NCBI GenBank assembly: GCA_950097225.1
Contig: CATNCE010000003.1
Location: 28,493-92,492, forward strand
Direction: 5' to 3'
DNA: 64,000 nt
Source: an uncultured Bacilli bacterium
GTDB lineage: Bacteria > Bacillota_I > Bacilli_A > RF39 > UBA660
The position numbers and the translations under genes were made by a program. The notes under the pieces were generated by a model, which ran no database searches, was not told where the DNA came from, and worked only from the letters and a program-made list of their open reading frames with translations. Below, one piece after another: positions 29,855-38,955 of the stretch; position 1 is the first letter of the stretch, and every line of letters starts with the position of its first letter.

Positions 29855-29899
29855 TAAAATAAAAAAGTGATATGTCTATTTTGAATATATCACTTTTTT
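29855..29899 (-). terminator. Terminator after mnmA
   Basis: The hairpin is aaaagtgatat / atatcactttt (29863-29873 and 29887-29897), flanked by A and T runs. Confidence 0.65.
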
Positions 29900-29926
29900 A
29901 ATAAAAATATACCTTTTAATTATGGA

Positions 29927-31036
29927 TTATAAATACCACAATTTCTGATCGTTTTTGCGGACTTCTTTAATAATTCCGCTTCCTAAACACTGTTCTCCTA
30001 AATATAAAACACAAGCTTGCCCAGGAGTTACAGCCTTAACTTTACTTGGATAGCGTACTCGTATTTCTCCGTTTTCTAAATATTCTAACATTACTTCATA
30101 ATCTGGCCCACGATAACGAAATTTAGCTGTGCAGAAAGCAGGATGATTTGGAGATATGAAGTTGATATTATCAATGATACATTCATCAGAATATAGAGTT
30201 TCTGGATCTTCGCCAAAAGCAACATATAATTCGTTCTTCTGAACATTTTTTCCAACAACAAAGTGCTTATCAGCATACCCTGAAATGCCTACATTACGAC
30301 GTTGTCCAATAGTATAATTCATTAATCCATCATGTGTTCCGATAATTTCTTTGGTATCAATATCAACAATATTACCTGGATTTGGTTTTAAGTAGTTTTG
30401 AATAAATTTTTGATAGTTGCGTTCACCAATAAAACATATTCCAGTTGAATCCTTTTTCTTAGCAGTTGGAAGGTTAATATTTTCGGCAATTTTGCGCACT
30501 TCGCTTTTGTCTAAATCACCGATTGGAAATAAGACGTCTTTAAATTGCTCTGCAGATACTTGTGCTAAAAAGTAAGTTTGATCTTTGTTTAAATCGGCTG
30601 CTCGATATAGTTTTACCCCTTCTATGCGTGCATAATGGCCAGTTGCTATATAATCAGCACCTAATTTGCGGGCTTCTTTAATAAAGACATCAAATTTAAT
30701 ATATTTATTGCACATTAAATCAGGATTAGGTGTTCTGCCTAGTTTTAACTCCTCTAAAAAATAGGTAAAAACATTGTCCCAATATTCTTTTATAAAGTCA
30801 ATACGATGTAATTTTATTCCTAAGTGATTGCATACTGCTAAGGCATCATTGTAGTCTTCTTCCTGTGGACAAATATTGTTACCTATATTAGGATTTCCTT
30901 CGATGTCATTGTTAATCATCGAATCCCAATTGCGCATAAATAATCCAATAACTTCATACCCTTGTTTTTGTAAAATATGGGCAGCAACTGATGAATCAAC
31001 TCCACCAGACATCCCAATAACTACTTTTTTAGCCAT
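29927..31036 (-). CDS. mnmA: tRNA 2-thiouridine(34) synthase MnmA
   Basis: The PP-loop reads VVIGMSGGVDSSVAA, with GRTPNPDLMCN and ATGHYAR also present. The start is the ATG at 31034-31036 (MAKKVV). Confidence 0.9.
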   Translation of the reverse strand: MAKKVVIGMSGGVDSSVAAHILQKQGYEVIGLFMRNWDSMINNDIEGNPNIGNNICPQEEDYNDALAVCNHLGIKLHRIDFIKEYWDNVFTYFLEELKLGRTPNPDLMCNKYIKFDVFIKEARKLGADYIATGHYARIEGVKLYRAADLNKDQTYFLAQVSAEQFKDVLFPIGDLDKSEVRKIAENINLPTAKKKDSTGICFIGERNYQKFIQNYLKPNPGNIVDIDTKEIIGTHDGLMNYTIGQRRNVGISGYADKHFVVGKNVQKNELYVAFGEDPETLYSDECIIDNINFISPNHPAFCTAKFRYRGPDYEVMLEYLENGEIRVRYPSKVKAVTPGQACVLYLGEQCLGSGIIKEVRKNDQKLWYL

Positions 31037-31056
31037 AATGATCACATCCAGTTTGA

Positions 31057-31602
31057 TTATAACATAAATACAAAATATTTTAATACCTTATTGGCAAAAA
31101 AGAAAATTAAAGTATCATTTAGTAAACTAATGACTAGTATTAAAGCATATTTTTTTATTAAAGGTTTTATAGAAACGTTGACCGAGTCGTTACTTTGTCC
31201 AAGAAGATTTTTTAATATTCTATTAATATACTTATATCCAACTATATATAGATATATTAATATTAGGATATATATTCCTTTATTTAGAAGGACATTAATT
31301 AAAGCGTATAATACGCCTGATAATTTATAATTTTTGTAAAAAACGGCTAATATAAACCCAATGCTAATTCCTTCAATGCTTAATATCACAGATTCAATTA
31401 TCATATTAATCAAAGACAATGTACTAAAGAAGATAACAACAATTGCAATCGTATGAATCAAAAATAAGGCATTGTTTCCGTTTAGAGTGTCTAAGTAGCC
31501 TTTTATATCAATACTGCTATAACTTCCATAAATAAATCCTGTTATTATAGATATTGTTAAAATTGTTGCTGCGATTAATGCTATTATTTTACTCTTTTTC
31601 AT
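31057..31602 (-). CDS. Polytopic membrane protein, possibly SpoIIM-like
   Basis: A 181-aa ORF with about 5 TM segments. The SpoIIM resemblance rests only on size and topology. Confidence 0.45.
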   Translation of the reverse strand: MKKSKIIALIAATILTISIITGFIYGSYSSIDIKGYLDTLNGNNALFLIHTIAIVVIFFSTLSLINMIIESVILSIEGISIGFILAVFYKNYKLSGVLYALINVLLNKGIYILILIYLYIVGYKYINRILKNLLGQSNDSVNVSIKPLIKKYALILVISLLNDTLIFFFANKVLKYFVFML

Positions 31603-31676
31603 AAATTCACCTAATAAATATTATTAAATACTTTAAAAGTTATGCTAAATATTATATAATTTATCTAGGTGGTCTT

Positions 31677-31871
31677 ATGAAAAACGAAAAAGATTATGAA
31701 TTAGTTGGCGATATCCGAATAAAGGAAAAGCCAAAGAAAAAAAAGAAGAAAAAAACTAGTGATTCTTCTCTATTAACAAAAATATTTGTATGGTTTATGT
31801 TTATTGCTATGTTTGCATCATTTATCGTACCTTTAATATTTTATTTAGTTACAATAATTAGTGAAAGCTAA
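31677..31871 (+). CDS. Small membrane protein with a poly-lysine tract (64 aa)
   Basis: A good SD (AGGTGG) lies 4 nt upstream and a TATAAT box is present. The K-run KKKKKKK is followed by the TM segment IFVWFMFIAMFASFIVPLIFYLVTII. Confidence 0.45.
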   Translation: MKNEKDYELVGDIRIKEKPKKKKKKKTSDSSLLTKIFVWFMFIAMFASFIVPLIFYLVTIISES

Positions 31872-31879
31872 TTATTTTT

Positions 31880-32667
31880 TTAGCTATTAATGATGCTTTC
31901 TACTTCTCCAACTGTTAAATTGGCAGCTTTAGCTATCGTCTCGATTGATACTTTTAGTGCATAAAGTGATTTTGCCATTTCTACACTTTTTCTTAACATT
32001 CCTTGCATTACACCTTGATTTAAACCTTCCTCGCGGGCTTCATAAAGTGCTGTGTTTCGGTCCATCTCATTCATCTTCTCAACACTCATATATCTTTGGA
32101 ACTCTTCACTCTCATTCATTTTTTCTAATTCACTTTTAATTCATTACTACTTCGTCCCCCCCTAATCTTATCTAACTCTTCTAAGTTCATATCTAACATG
32201 GCTATATACTTTAGCTTTTCATCGTTATAACAATTCTTCTTTATATATTCCATATTCGCCTCAATTATTTCTACATTATTTATATACCTTTTTCCTTCCG
32301 AGTTTTGGATATAATAATTATACTTGGCATAATTACCACTTACGCCCCATGTTAGATCAATATGAACATACTTTCTACTACTATCATAATATTCTGCTCT
32401 CCTTGTATCATTTGATATTATATTACTGAAAAAACAATAATTCCTAAACTTAGTTCTCTCACTTTTCGAACTATTTACTTCTACATGTATTACTTCATTT
32501 TCTTTTGTTTTTACAACCAAATCGACCATTTTGGTTCTACTACGAGTATTGTCAATATCTAACTCACTTTTCATGAATGTTATTATTTTATTTCCTTCAT
32601 TACATATAATTGATTTAAATACTCTATCTGTCTTAGCTGTATAAAATTCAGTTGTGTTTACCTTCAT
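31880..32667 (-). pseudogene. Rpn/YhgA-like PD-(D/E)XK nuclease family 'transposase' gene, split into 180-aa and 79-aa ORFs in different frames
   Basis: The N-terminal ORF has TAKTDRVFKSI...MVDLVVKTKENEVIHVEVNS (the D...E.V nuclease core). The C-terminal ORF has the family-typical tail ...ALYEAREEGLNQGVMQG...SVEMAKSLYALKVSIETIAKAANLTVGEVESI. The frame changes between 32119 and 32127, and the second ORF has no SD. Confidence 0.6.
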
Positions 32668-32748
32668 CTCCTTCTCTACTATTCTTATACCCGATGCAAG
32701 TTTATTTTACTTCAAAAAAGCACAAGATTTTTCTTGTGTTAATAATAT

Positions 32749-34431
32749 TTATCCTAAAAGAGTAATTCTTGAGCTGCGATCGAAATATAAATTACCTGGC
32801 ATTGGTGCAAAATGAAAAATCCCAGAACTAACTTGTTCCCTGAACCCACCTCCACGAAAAAACCATGAATTTGTTGCCTCTACAAAAAGAGAATAATCAT
32901 TGTACCAATTATTTTTATAGTTATCAGCTTTATAAAACGGTCCCATTTCTCCTGTTGCATCTCCTAGTATTCTTTTACTATATGTTGTTGCTGTTGAATT
33001 ACTTGCATATACATCTATATACTTACTATATGTGTTTCTTATCTCGGTTAATGTTAATCCACTATTTCCTACTGTTCCATCTCGGTATCCTGCTACATAT
33101 TCCCAAGACCCACCTGACATATCATAAATCCCGCTTATATTTCCGGTTGTACTTGCCAAATACCCTGTTTCTGTATTATATGGCTGGTTATTAGTTGTAC
33201 TTTGTCCTGCATCTTTTGTATTTGCTGCATACCCTGTTAGAAAGTTAGAATTATTATTTATTCTTACTTCTGTGTTTATTCCATATCTTGAATGACTTAA
33301 ATATGCTACTGCTCCCCACTCAGTATTCTTCATCATATGCGAATCTAACTCACGATTATAATTATACATGGCCTTGAAGAAATTCCCTAATGGATTGCTT
33401 CTCCAACTATATACATTTGGTTTTACCTGTATCTTTGATGGGTCGCTTGAGTTTACTTGTGCTGAGGTTGTGTTTATCGCTCCTTTATATCCGGTTTCAA
33501 ATTTACCTACCCATATACCATTTACATCGAAGTTTGTGAAAGCTGGATGCGTTAACCATTCTCCATCTTGAGTACCAGCAGATACAGGGGTTTCCTTACC
33601 TTCAAACTCAATCTCGATTTCTTGTGCTATGCTTTCTGATAATTTGTCAGTTACTCCATCTGCTGGATTCGCATGAAATAACTTATATTTATATCTTGGG
33701 ATCCACACAAAGTACGATTCAATATCATCTTCAATTATTGTATCTCCTACATTGTAAGTTTTACTTGGACTATCAACTAGTATAACTGCATTAGCCCATT
33801 TTTGTTCACAATAATTATACTAAGAATCACTCTCATCAGAATATGTGACAACTCCATTATCAGATAATTCAATGGGTATTAATTCTCCATTTATCACAGG
33901 CTCTGCTCCATTTAATGCATTGACACATGTATCTGTTATTACACCTGCTTCTTCTCTTTCAACTGGGATTGCTATTAATTCACAGGTGAAATTACCTTCC
34001 ATACTTTCAGTTACTACACTTTTTAACTTTACTTTTACTTCTCCAATCTCAACTTCATTTGATGCTAATGTAAAATTACTTGGCTCAATTGTTACATCGA
34101 CTAAATCAGTTAAGTTACTAGAAGTATTATTTAATTCACAATTGATTGTTACATCGGCATCATACTGAGTATTCTTATTCTTTACCCAGAATGTTAAAAT
34201 GGTTTCTTCATTTATATTAGTTAATTCTTTTGCTTCATAACTGATTGTTTTACCATCTAAACTAATTGATGCTTTTCCATCAGTTTTAGTATTTATGAAT
34301 ATAACATCATCTAGGAATGCATTGTTAAAACCAATATTTAAGTTACTATTAATTATTAAGTTAGTTACGACACTAGCAAAACCAATTACAAGTACGATAA
34401 CAAAGAAATATATGATACTTTTCTTTTTCAT
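32749..34431 (-). pseudogene. Paralog of 10916-12598 (FGE-like surface protein) interrupted by a single in-frame TAG
   Basis: ORFs 33820-34509 and 32749-33708 are in the same frame. The only interruption is a TAG at 33820-33822, where the paralog has TGG (Trp, 11987-11989). The start is the ATG at 34429-34431 (MKKKSIIYFF). Confidence 0.7.
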
Positions 34432-34454
34432 AAGCAACATCCTATTCTGGTAAT

Positions 34455-34484
34455 ATTGTATCATAAAAAGAGCCTCTTTTACAA
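34455..34484 (-). promoter_or_regulatory. Promoter of the interrupted paralog
   Basis: It reads TTGTAA, an 18-nt spacer, then TGaTACAAT, the same layout as 12623-12652. Confidence 0.45.
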
Positions 34485-34507
34485 CGATTATGGTGTAGTA
34501 TTTTGTC

Positions 34508-34541
34508 AAAAAAAGAATGTATAAATTATTTATACATTCAT
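34508..34541 (-). terminator. Terminator after frr
   Basis: The hairpin gaatgtataaa / tttatacattc spans the frr stop codon, with an A-run on the plus strand before it. Confidence 0.55.
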
Positions 34542-35072
34542 TAATTCTGTTTCTTTTTCTTTTATTTTTTCATCAACTTGTTTGTTATAAGTATTTATTA
34601 GTTCTTGAACATCATCAGTTAATGATTTTTGTTGGTCTTCAGTTAGAGAATCGTCTTTTTTAATCGCATTATTAGCATCTTGACGAGCATTGCGTAGTGC
34701 TATTTTGGCTTGTTCACCCATTTCACTAACTTGTTTAACGTAATTTCTCCTAGTTTCCTCTGTTAGTTGAGGTACAGTTAAAATAATCATTTCTCCATTA
34801 TTAGTTGGAGTAATACCAATATTTGCTTCATTAATAGCTCTTTCAATATCTTTTAAACTAGAACGATCAAAAGGTTTAATCATTAATTGACGAGCCTCAG
34901 GAACAGTGATATTAGCAAGAGCATTAATTGGTGATGATGCACCATAATATTCTACCATTATTCCATTTAGCATACTAGCATTAGCACGTCCAGCGCGAAC
35001 TGTGATTAATCTTGCTTCTAAGTTTTCGATTGCTTTTAACATACTCATTTCTGCTTCTTCAATATAATTCAT
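34530..35072 (-). CDS. frr: Ribosome recycling factor
   Basis: M..LKAIENLEARLITVRAGRANASMLNGIMVEYYG...IKPFD...PTNNGEMIILTVPQLTEETR matches RRF. Confidence 0.95.
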   Translation of the reverse strand: MNYIEEAEMSMLKAIENLEARLITVRAGRANASMLNGIMVEYYGASSPINALANITVPEARQLMIKPFDRSSLKDIERAINEANIGITPTNNGEMIILTVPQLTEETRRNYVKQVSEMGEQAKIALRNARQDANNAIKKDDSLTEDQQKSLTDDVQELINTYNKQVDEKIKEKETELMNV

Positions 35073-35110
35073 TATCTCTCTCCTTAAAATATATTATACT
35101 TATTTTATAA

Positions 35111-36448
35111 TTAGATATCAAGTCTTAAGAACATGAGGATAAACATTGCAATAGTGATTATTTCTAATAAAACTACGATGGTAGATATTCCCATATTGCT
35201 ATGTTCCTCTTTTAATTCTAATTTGCGTTCAAGACCATGATTTAATCCTAGAGAATTAGCTTTTTCCTTTTGTTTAATATATATTCTTGCAAATTCTTTT
35301 TCTAAATCGGTTAGTTCGTTTGGTTTTAATTCACCATCTTCAATGGATTCGAATGTAGCAATAATCGATGCTTTAGCGCCACGATTAGATTCCATTATAT
35401 TAGTGATTAGTTCACTTGTGTGATTAGCGATATCTTTATTGTTTATATCTCTTTCATGTTCCTCTAAAAGATATTTAACATAGACGTTAATAAGGTGTTG
35501 TTCATCACTTGATAGTTCTAGCTCGTATACATCGCGTTTAGATATCATGTTAAGTAACTCTTCTTCATTAAATGATTCTGTATTAATGTTTTCGATAGAT
35601 GCGTATGAATCTGCTGATATTGCAGGAGGTTCTTCTATTGGTATTGATGTAGTTGCACTTGGTTCATCTAATTCTTGCAATAAGTCTTCGTATTCCTTCT
35701 CTTTATTGATTGTTGGTTGTTTTAAAACTTCCATTTCACGAACTTCACCAACAGTATGGAAGGTTATTAAGCCGTCTCCTATACGATAAATGCGTTCCCC
35801 ATTATAGTCAATTGCAACATCAATAGGTTCTACTAAACCATATTTTTCTTTGTATTCTTCTACTCTATCTAATTCCATACGCTCCATTTCGGGATCATTT
35901 ACAATAGCGTTTTTACGTTTTTCACTATCCTCTTGTAAGGAAGATGGTGTCATGAATTCTACTGAGCGATGAACATATTCTTTGAAGTGATAAAAGATCT
36001 CTTCAGCGCTTAAACTTGGCAACTTGGCAACATTGGCTTGGATAAAGTTATTTAATTCGTTTTGTCCTTCACAGACAAGAAGGCTTATTTGCCCAGATGG
36101 ATCAGTATAGGTAAGATAATCAATATATTTACCAGAATCATTTTTAGAAGGCGGTGAACTAATAATACCTAAACTGCTATAGTTTTCACTGGTACCTTGA
36201 AGCATACGCAAAGTACTTAGGTTATTTTGTTCATGAGCTAAAGTCTCAAACTCAAGTATTTTGCTATCAATCAAGTTGATTAATTCCCCTTTGTTACTTA
36301 TATCGCGAGTAGAAAGACCATTTTTCAAGGTTTTTAAATGTTCAATTAATTGAGTATCTAATTTAGCTGTATTCATAAAATTGATGACATCTGTAAGATT
36401 AGTTATTTCATTGTCTAAAATATTAAGATCTATACTTTGATTAGGCAT
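35111..36448 (-). CDS. Hypothetical acidic, helix-rich protein with a C-terminal TM anchor
   Basis: A 445-aa ORF whose only TM segment is at the extreme C-terminus (ISTIVVLLEIITIAMFILMFL). The start is the ATG at 36446-36448, with AGGAAA upstream, and it overlaps the SEDS gene stop by 8 nt. Confidence 0.55.
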   Translation of the reverse strand: MPNQSIDLNILDNEITNLTDVINFMNTAKLDTQLIEHLKTLKNGLSTRDISNKGELINLIDSKILEFETLAHEQNNLSTLRMLQGTSENYSSLGIISSPPSKNDSGKYIDYLTYTDPSGQISLLVCEGQNELNNFIQANVAKLPSLSAEEIFYHFKEYVHRSVEFMTPSSLQEDSEKRKNAIVNDPEMERMELDRVEEYKEKYGLVEPIDVAIDYNGERIYRIGDGLITFHTVGEVREMEVLKQPTINKEKEYEDLLQELDEPSATTSIPIEEPPAISADSYASIENINTESFNEEELLNMISKRDVYELELSSDEQHLINVYVKYLLEEHERDINNKDIANHTSELITNIMESNRGAKASIIATFESIEDGELKPNELTDLEKEFARIYIKQKEKANSLGLNHGLERKLELKEEHSNMGISTIVVLLEIITIAMFILMFLRLDI

Positions 36449-37583
36449 CTTTGTTTCCTGCTTTCTTGATATGATTTTCAATAGCGACTCTTTGAGTTAG
36501 CGCTAGAAGAACTAATAAGTTAATCATGAAGCTTCCTCCATAACTTAAAAATGGTAGTGGTACTCCAGTTAGAGGTATTAAAGCTAGAAGGCCACCGATA
36601 TTAACGATGATATGGACAAGGATGAATGAAAAAGTTCCAAAGGCAATGATACTACCGCGTAAGCTTTTAGCATTACGAGCAATAACAAGAATTCGATAAA
36701 GAACGATTATATAGAAGATAAATACCCCGAATCCACCTATTAGGCCTAGTTCTTCTATAATAATGGGAAATATAAAATCGGTGTGTGATTCGGGTAAATA
36801 AAGGTTTTTCTGACTAGAACGGCTCAAACCAACTCCGAAAACACCTCCGTTGTTGATCGCGATATAACCATTACATACTTGATATCCAGTTTCCTCTAAA
36901 TAACGCTCACAAGGTTTTTTAAAGTTAAAACGACTGGCTTGACTCGATGTTAATAGTTCAGAGTTGCCATTTAAAAAAACTAATCCGCCAATACAAGTAA
37001 TTATAGTTATTACTTTTAGAGCTGTAATAATATAATTTTTACTAAATGGTAGTGAAAAAAAGATAAACATGCAAATAAGAGCAATTATGACTGCTGTTCC
37101 TAAATCTGGTTCACTAGCTACCAGGAAGAAAATTATTATACAGGGAATAAGAGGAATGAACACATCATAAATCGATTTAAACTTCTTTTTAGCACCATAC
37201 CAACAAGCTAAATACAAAATAATTGCCGTCTTAGCAAATTCACTTGGTTGAAAGGAAAATCCCATAATTTTAAACCAGGATCTTGCACTATTGGTGACAG
37301 TACCATAAGTTTTTAAGGATATTAAAACGACTATTATACCTACTATTCCAAGGATGGAGAGTTTTGAATACCACTCCGTTGGAATCAAGTAAATTATCAA
37401 GCTAGCGACTAGTCCCACTGCAATAAATAAAGCTTGTTTATTAAAGAAATAATATTCTGTTTGCTTATATTGTAAAACGGCAGCAATACTCGATGATGAA
37501 AAAATCATAACTAGTCCAAATATCGAAAGAACAATGGTTGCAATTAGTAAGGTTTTGTCAGTTTTCTTTAGAAGCTCTTTCAT
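36441..37583 (-). CDS. SEDS-family peptidoglycan polymerase (FtsW/RodA/SpoVE)
   Basis: It has about 10 TM segments and the motifs QPSEFAK, PDLGTA, LPESHTDFIF and LPFLSYGGS. Confidence 0.85.
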   Translation of the reverse strand: MKELLKKTDKTLLIATIVLSIFGLVMIFSSSSIAAVLQYKQTEYYFFNKQALFIAVGLVASLIIYLIPTEWYSKLSILGIVGIIVVLISLKTYGTVTNSARSWFKIMGFSFQPSEFAKTAIILYLACWYGAKKKFKSIYDVFIPLIPCIIIFFLVASEPDLGTAVIIALICMFIFFSLPFSKNYIITALKVITIITCIGGLVFLNGNSELLTSSQASRFNFKKPCERYLEETGYQVCNGYIAINNGGVFGVGLSRSSQKNLYLPESHTDFIFPIIIEELGLIGGFGVFIFYIIVLYRILVIARNAKSLRGSIIAFGTFSFILVHIIVNIGGLLALIPLTGVPLPFLSYGGSFMINLLVLLALTQRVAIENHIKKAGNKDA

Positions 37584-37663
37584 ATTCTCACCTAACTATA
37601 GTTTATCACAAATAAAAACATATTAAGATAATATGTTTTATATTTTTGTTAAGTTAATGTTAA

Positions 37664-38029
37664 CTAATCGATTAATTCATTACCATCGGAGTCTTTATTG
37701 ATATTACCAGTTAATATCATGATTCCTTCAATTAAGCCCCAGATACTCGCTACCATTGGTCCGATTCCACAAGCAATCCAGCCAACTAATGTAAGTAATA
37801 ATTGAGCAACAGCTTTTGATGTGAATCCTAAATAGAAGTTATGTACTCCTAAACTTCCTAAAAATATTCCTAGTAATCCAGCACAAACTTTACTTTTTGA
37901 TGATTTTTTTTGTGTATTTGGTGTATTATTAGTGTCAGTCTTATTGTCTTTCAAGTCCTTTCCACAAGATACACATTTATCTTGATTTTCTTCTAATTTT
38001 GCTCCACAATTAGTACAAAATTTTCCCAT
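37664..38029 (-). CDS. Zinc-ribbon plus TM2-domain membrane protein
   Basis: The N-terminus CTNCGAKL...CVSCG is followed by a TM2-like segment AGLLGIFLGSLGVHNFYLG. Confidence 0.65.
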   Translation of the reverse strand: MGKFCTNCGAKLEENQDKCVSCGKDLKDNKTDTNNTPNTQKKSSKSKVCAGLLGIFLGSLGVHNFYLGFTSKAVAQLLLTLVGWIACGIGPMVASIWGLIEGIMILTGNINKDSDGNELID

Positions 38030-38052
38030 TTAATTTACCTCTTTCTATATTT

Positions 38053-38955
38053 TTATTTGCTTATTTTTCTACAAATACGATCAATTAAATTATTAAGTAT
38101 ACTCACGATGATAATCGCGATAAATGGCGCTAGAACAGGATTTAAGAACCAGAATCCAAAGGTTATTAAACCGATTAATATTCCAAAGGCAATTTTGCCA
38201 TAATTGGTATAAGAACTAGTGACACTATCAGTTGCTATGTAGCTATAAATAAATAAATAATTATTTAAGAATAACATATTCAATATGCTTCCCTTTGTAA
38301 TTATAGCATATATTATAGCAATTAGGCTATATGTAAATATTGAAGCAATAGTAATTTCTGTTTTATTATTGTTTGTTATCGCAAGTGCTACAACAGATAT
38401 GAAAAGTAAGATTATATGATTAGAAGCGATTCCGCCAGGAGCTCGCCCAATTAAATAATCAAACAAATTAAGAGAGAATGTTTTACTTAGTTCATAGCTA
38501 CTTTCGAATATGTATGGTCCCATCGTCAAACTTATTAGGTAGATGGCGATAAAACACACAGCCATGATGTTAATATGATTATTAAAGAACTTGGATATAA
38601 AGAACAAGACAAATAGACAACCAGCAAAAATAGCTAAATTAGTATTAATACTGGATATACAGCCAAGAACAACACCATACTCAATATGAAAAGATGAAAA
38701 TAAGATCTCAGAAAGCGAATCCTTTTTATGTTTAATTAGTAATTCATATATTATGTTGACAATACCACCAATGAGTGCTCCTGTAAGAATAAGAAGTAGC
38801 GGTTTAAACATCATTAATAGGCTACAAAACTTATGAGTATATAGATATATTCCTGTTCGATAAAATCCATATATTATTAAAGGAACTAGGCATAAGATGC
38901 GCATGAGTGATATAGTTTTTATCGATTTTTTATTGCGAATGTAGACATTATTCAT
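38053..38955 (-). CDS. RnfD/NqrB-family-like polytopic membrane protein (divergent)
   Basis: The C-terminal block YIATDSVTSSYTNYGKIAFGILIGLITF resembles RnfD (F)MATDPVTSP.T..G...FG..iG.lt. GRAPGGIASNHIILLF resembles G..GSiGEtS. The start overlaps the RnfC-like stop by 8 nt. Confidence 0.55.
   Translation of the reverse strand: MNNVYIRNKKSIKTISLMRILCLVPLIIYGFYRTGIYLYTHKFCSLLMMFKPLLLILTGALIGGIVNIIYELLIKHKKDSLSEILFSSFHIEYGVVLGCISSINTNLAIFAGCLFVLFFISKFFNNHINIMAVCFIAIYLISLTMGPYIFESSYELSKTFSLNLFDYLIGRAPGGIASNHIILLFISVVALAITNNNKTEITIASIFTYSLIAIIYAIITKGSILNMLFLNNYLFIYSYIATDSVTSSYTNYGKIAFGILIGLITFGFWFLNPVLAPFIAIIIVSILNNLIDRICRKISK

Noticed and set aside
30091-30276. 61-aa minus-strand ORF inside mnmA.
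   Set aside because: It is an out-of-frame overlap with a well-supported conserved gene.
32156-32162. G7 (plus-strand C7) tract as a programmed or phase-variable frameshift site that could rejoin the two Rpn-like ORFs.
   Set aside because: After a +1 or -1 shift at the tract, both alternative frames meet stop codons (TAG TAA TGA, or TAA) before the second ORF. A single slip therefore cannot restore the gene.
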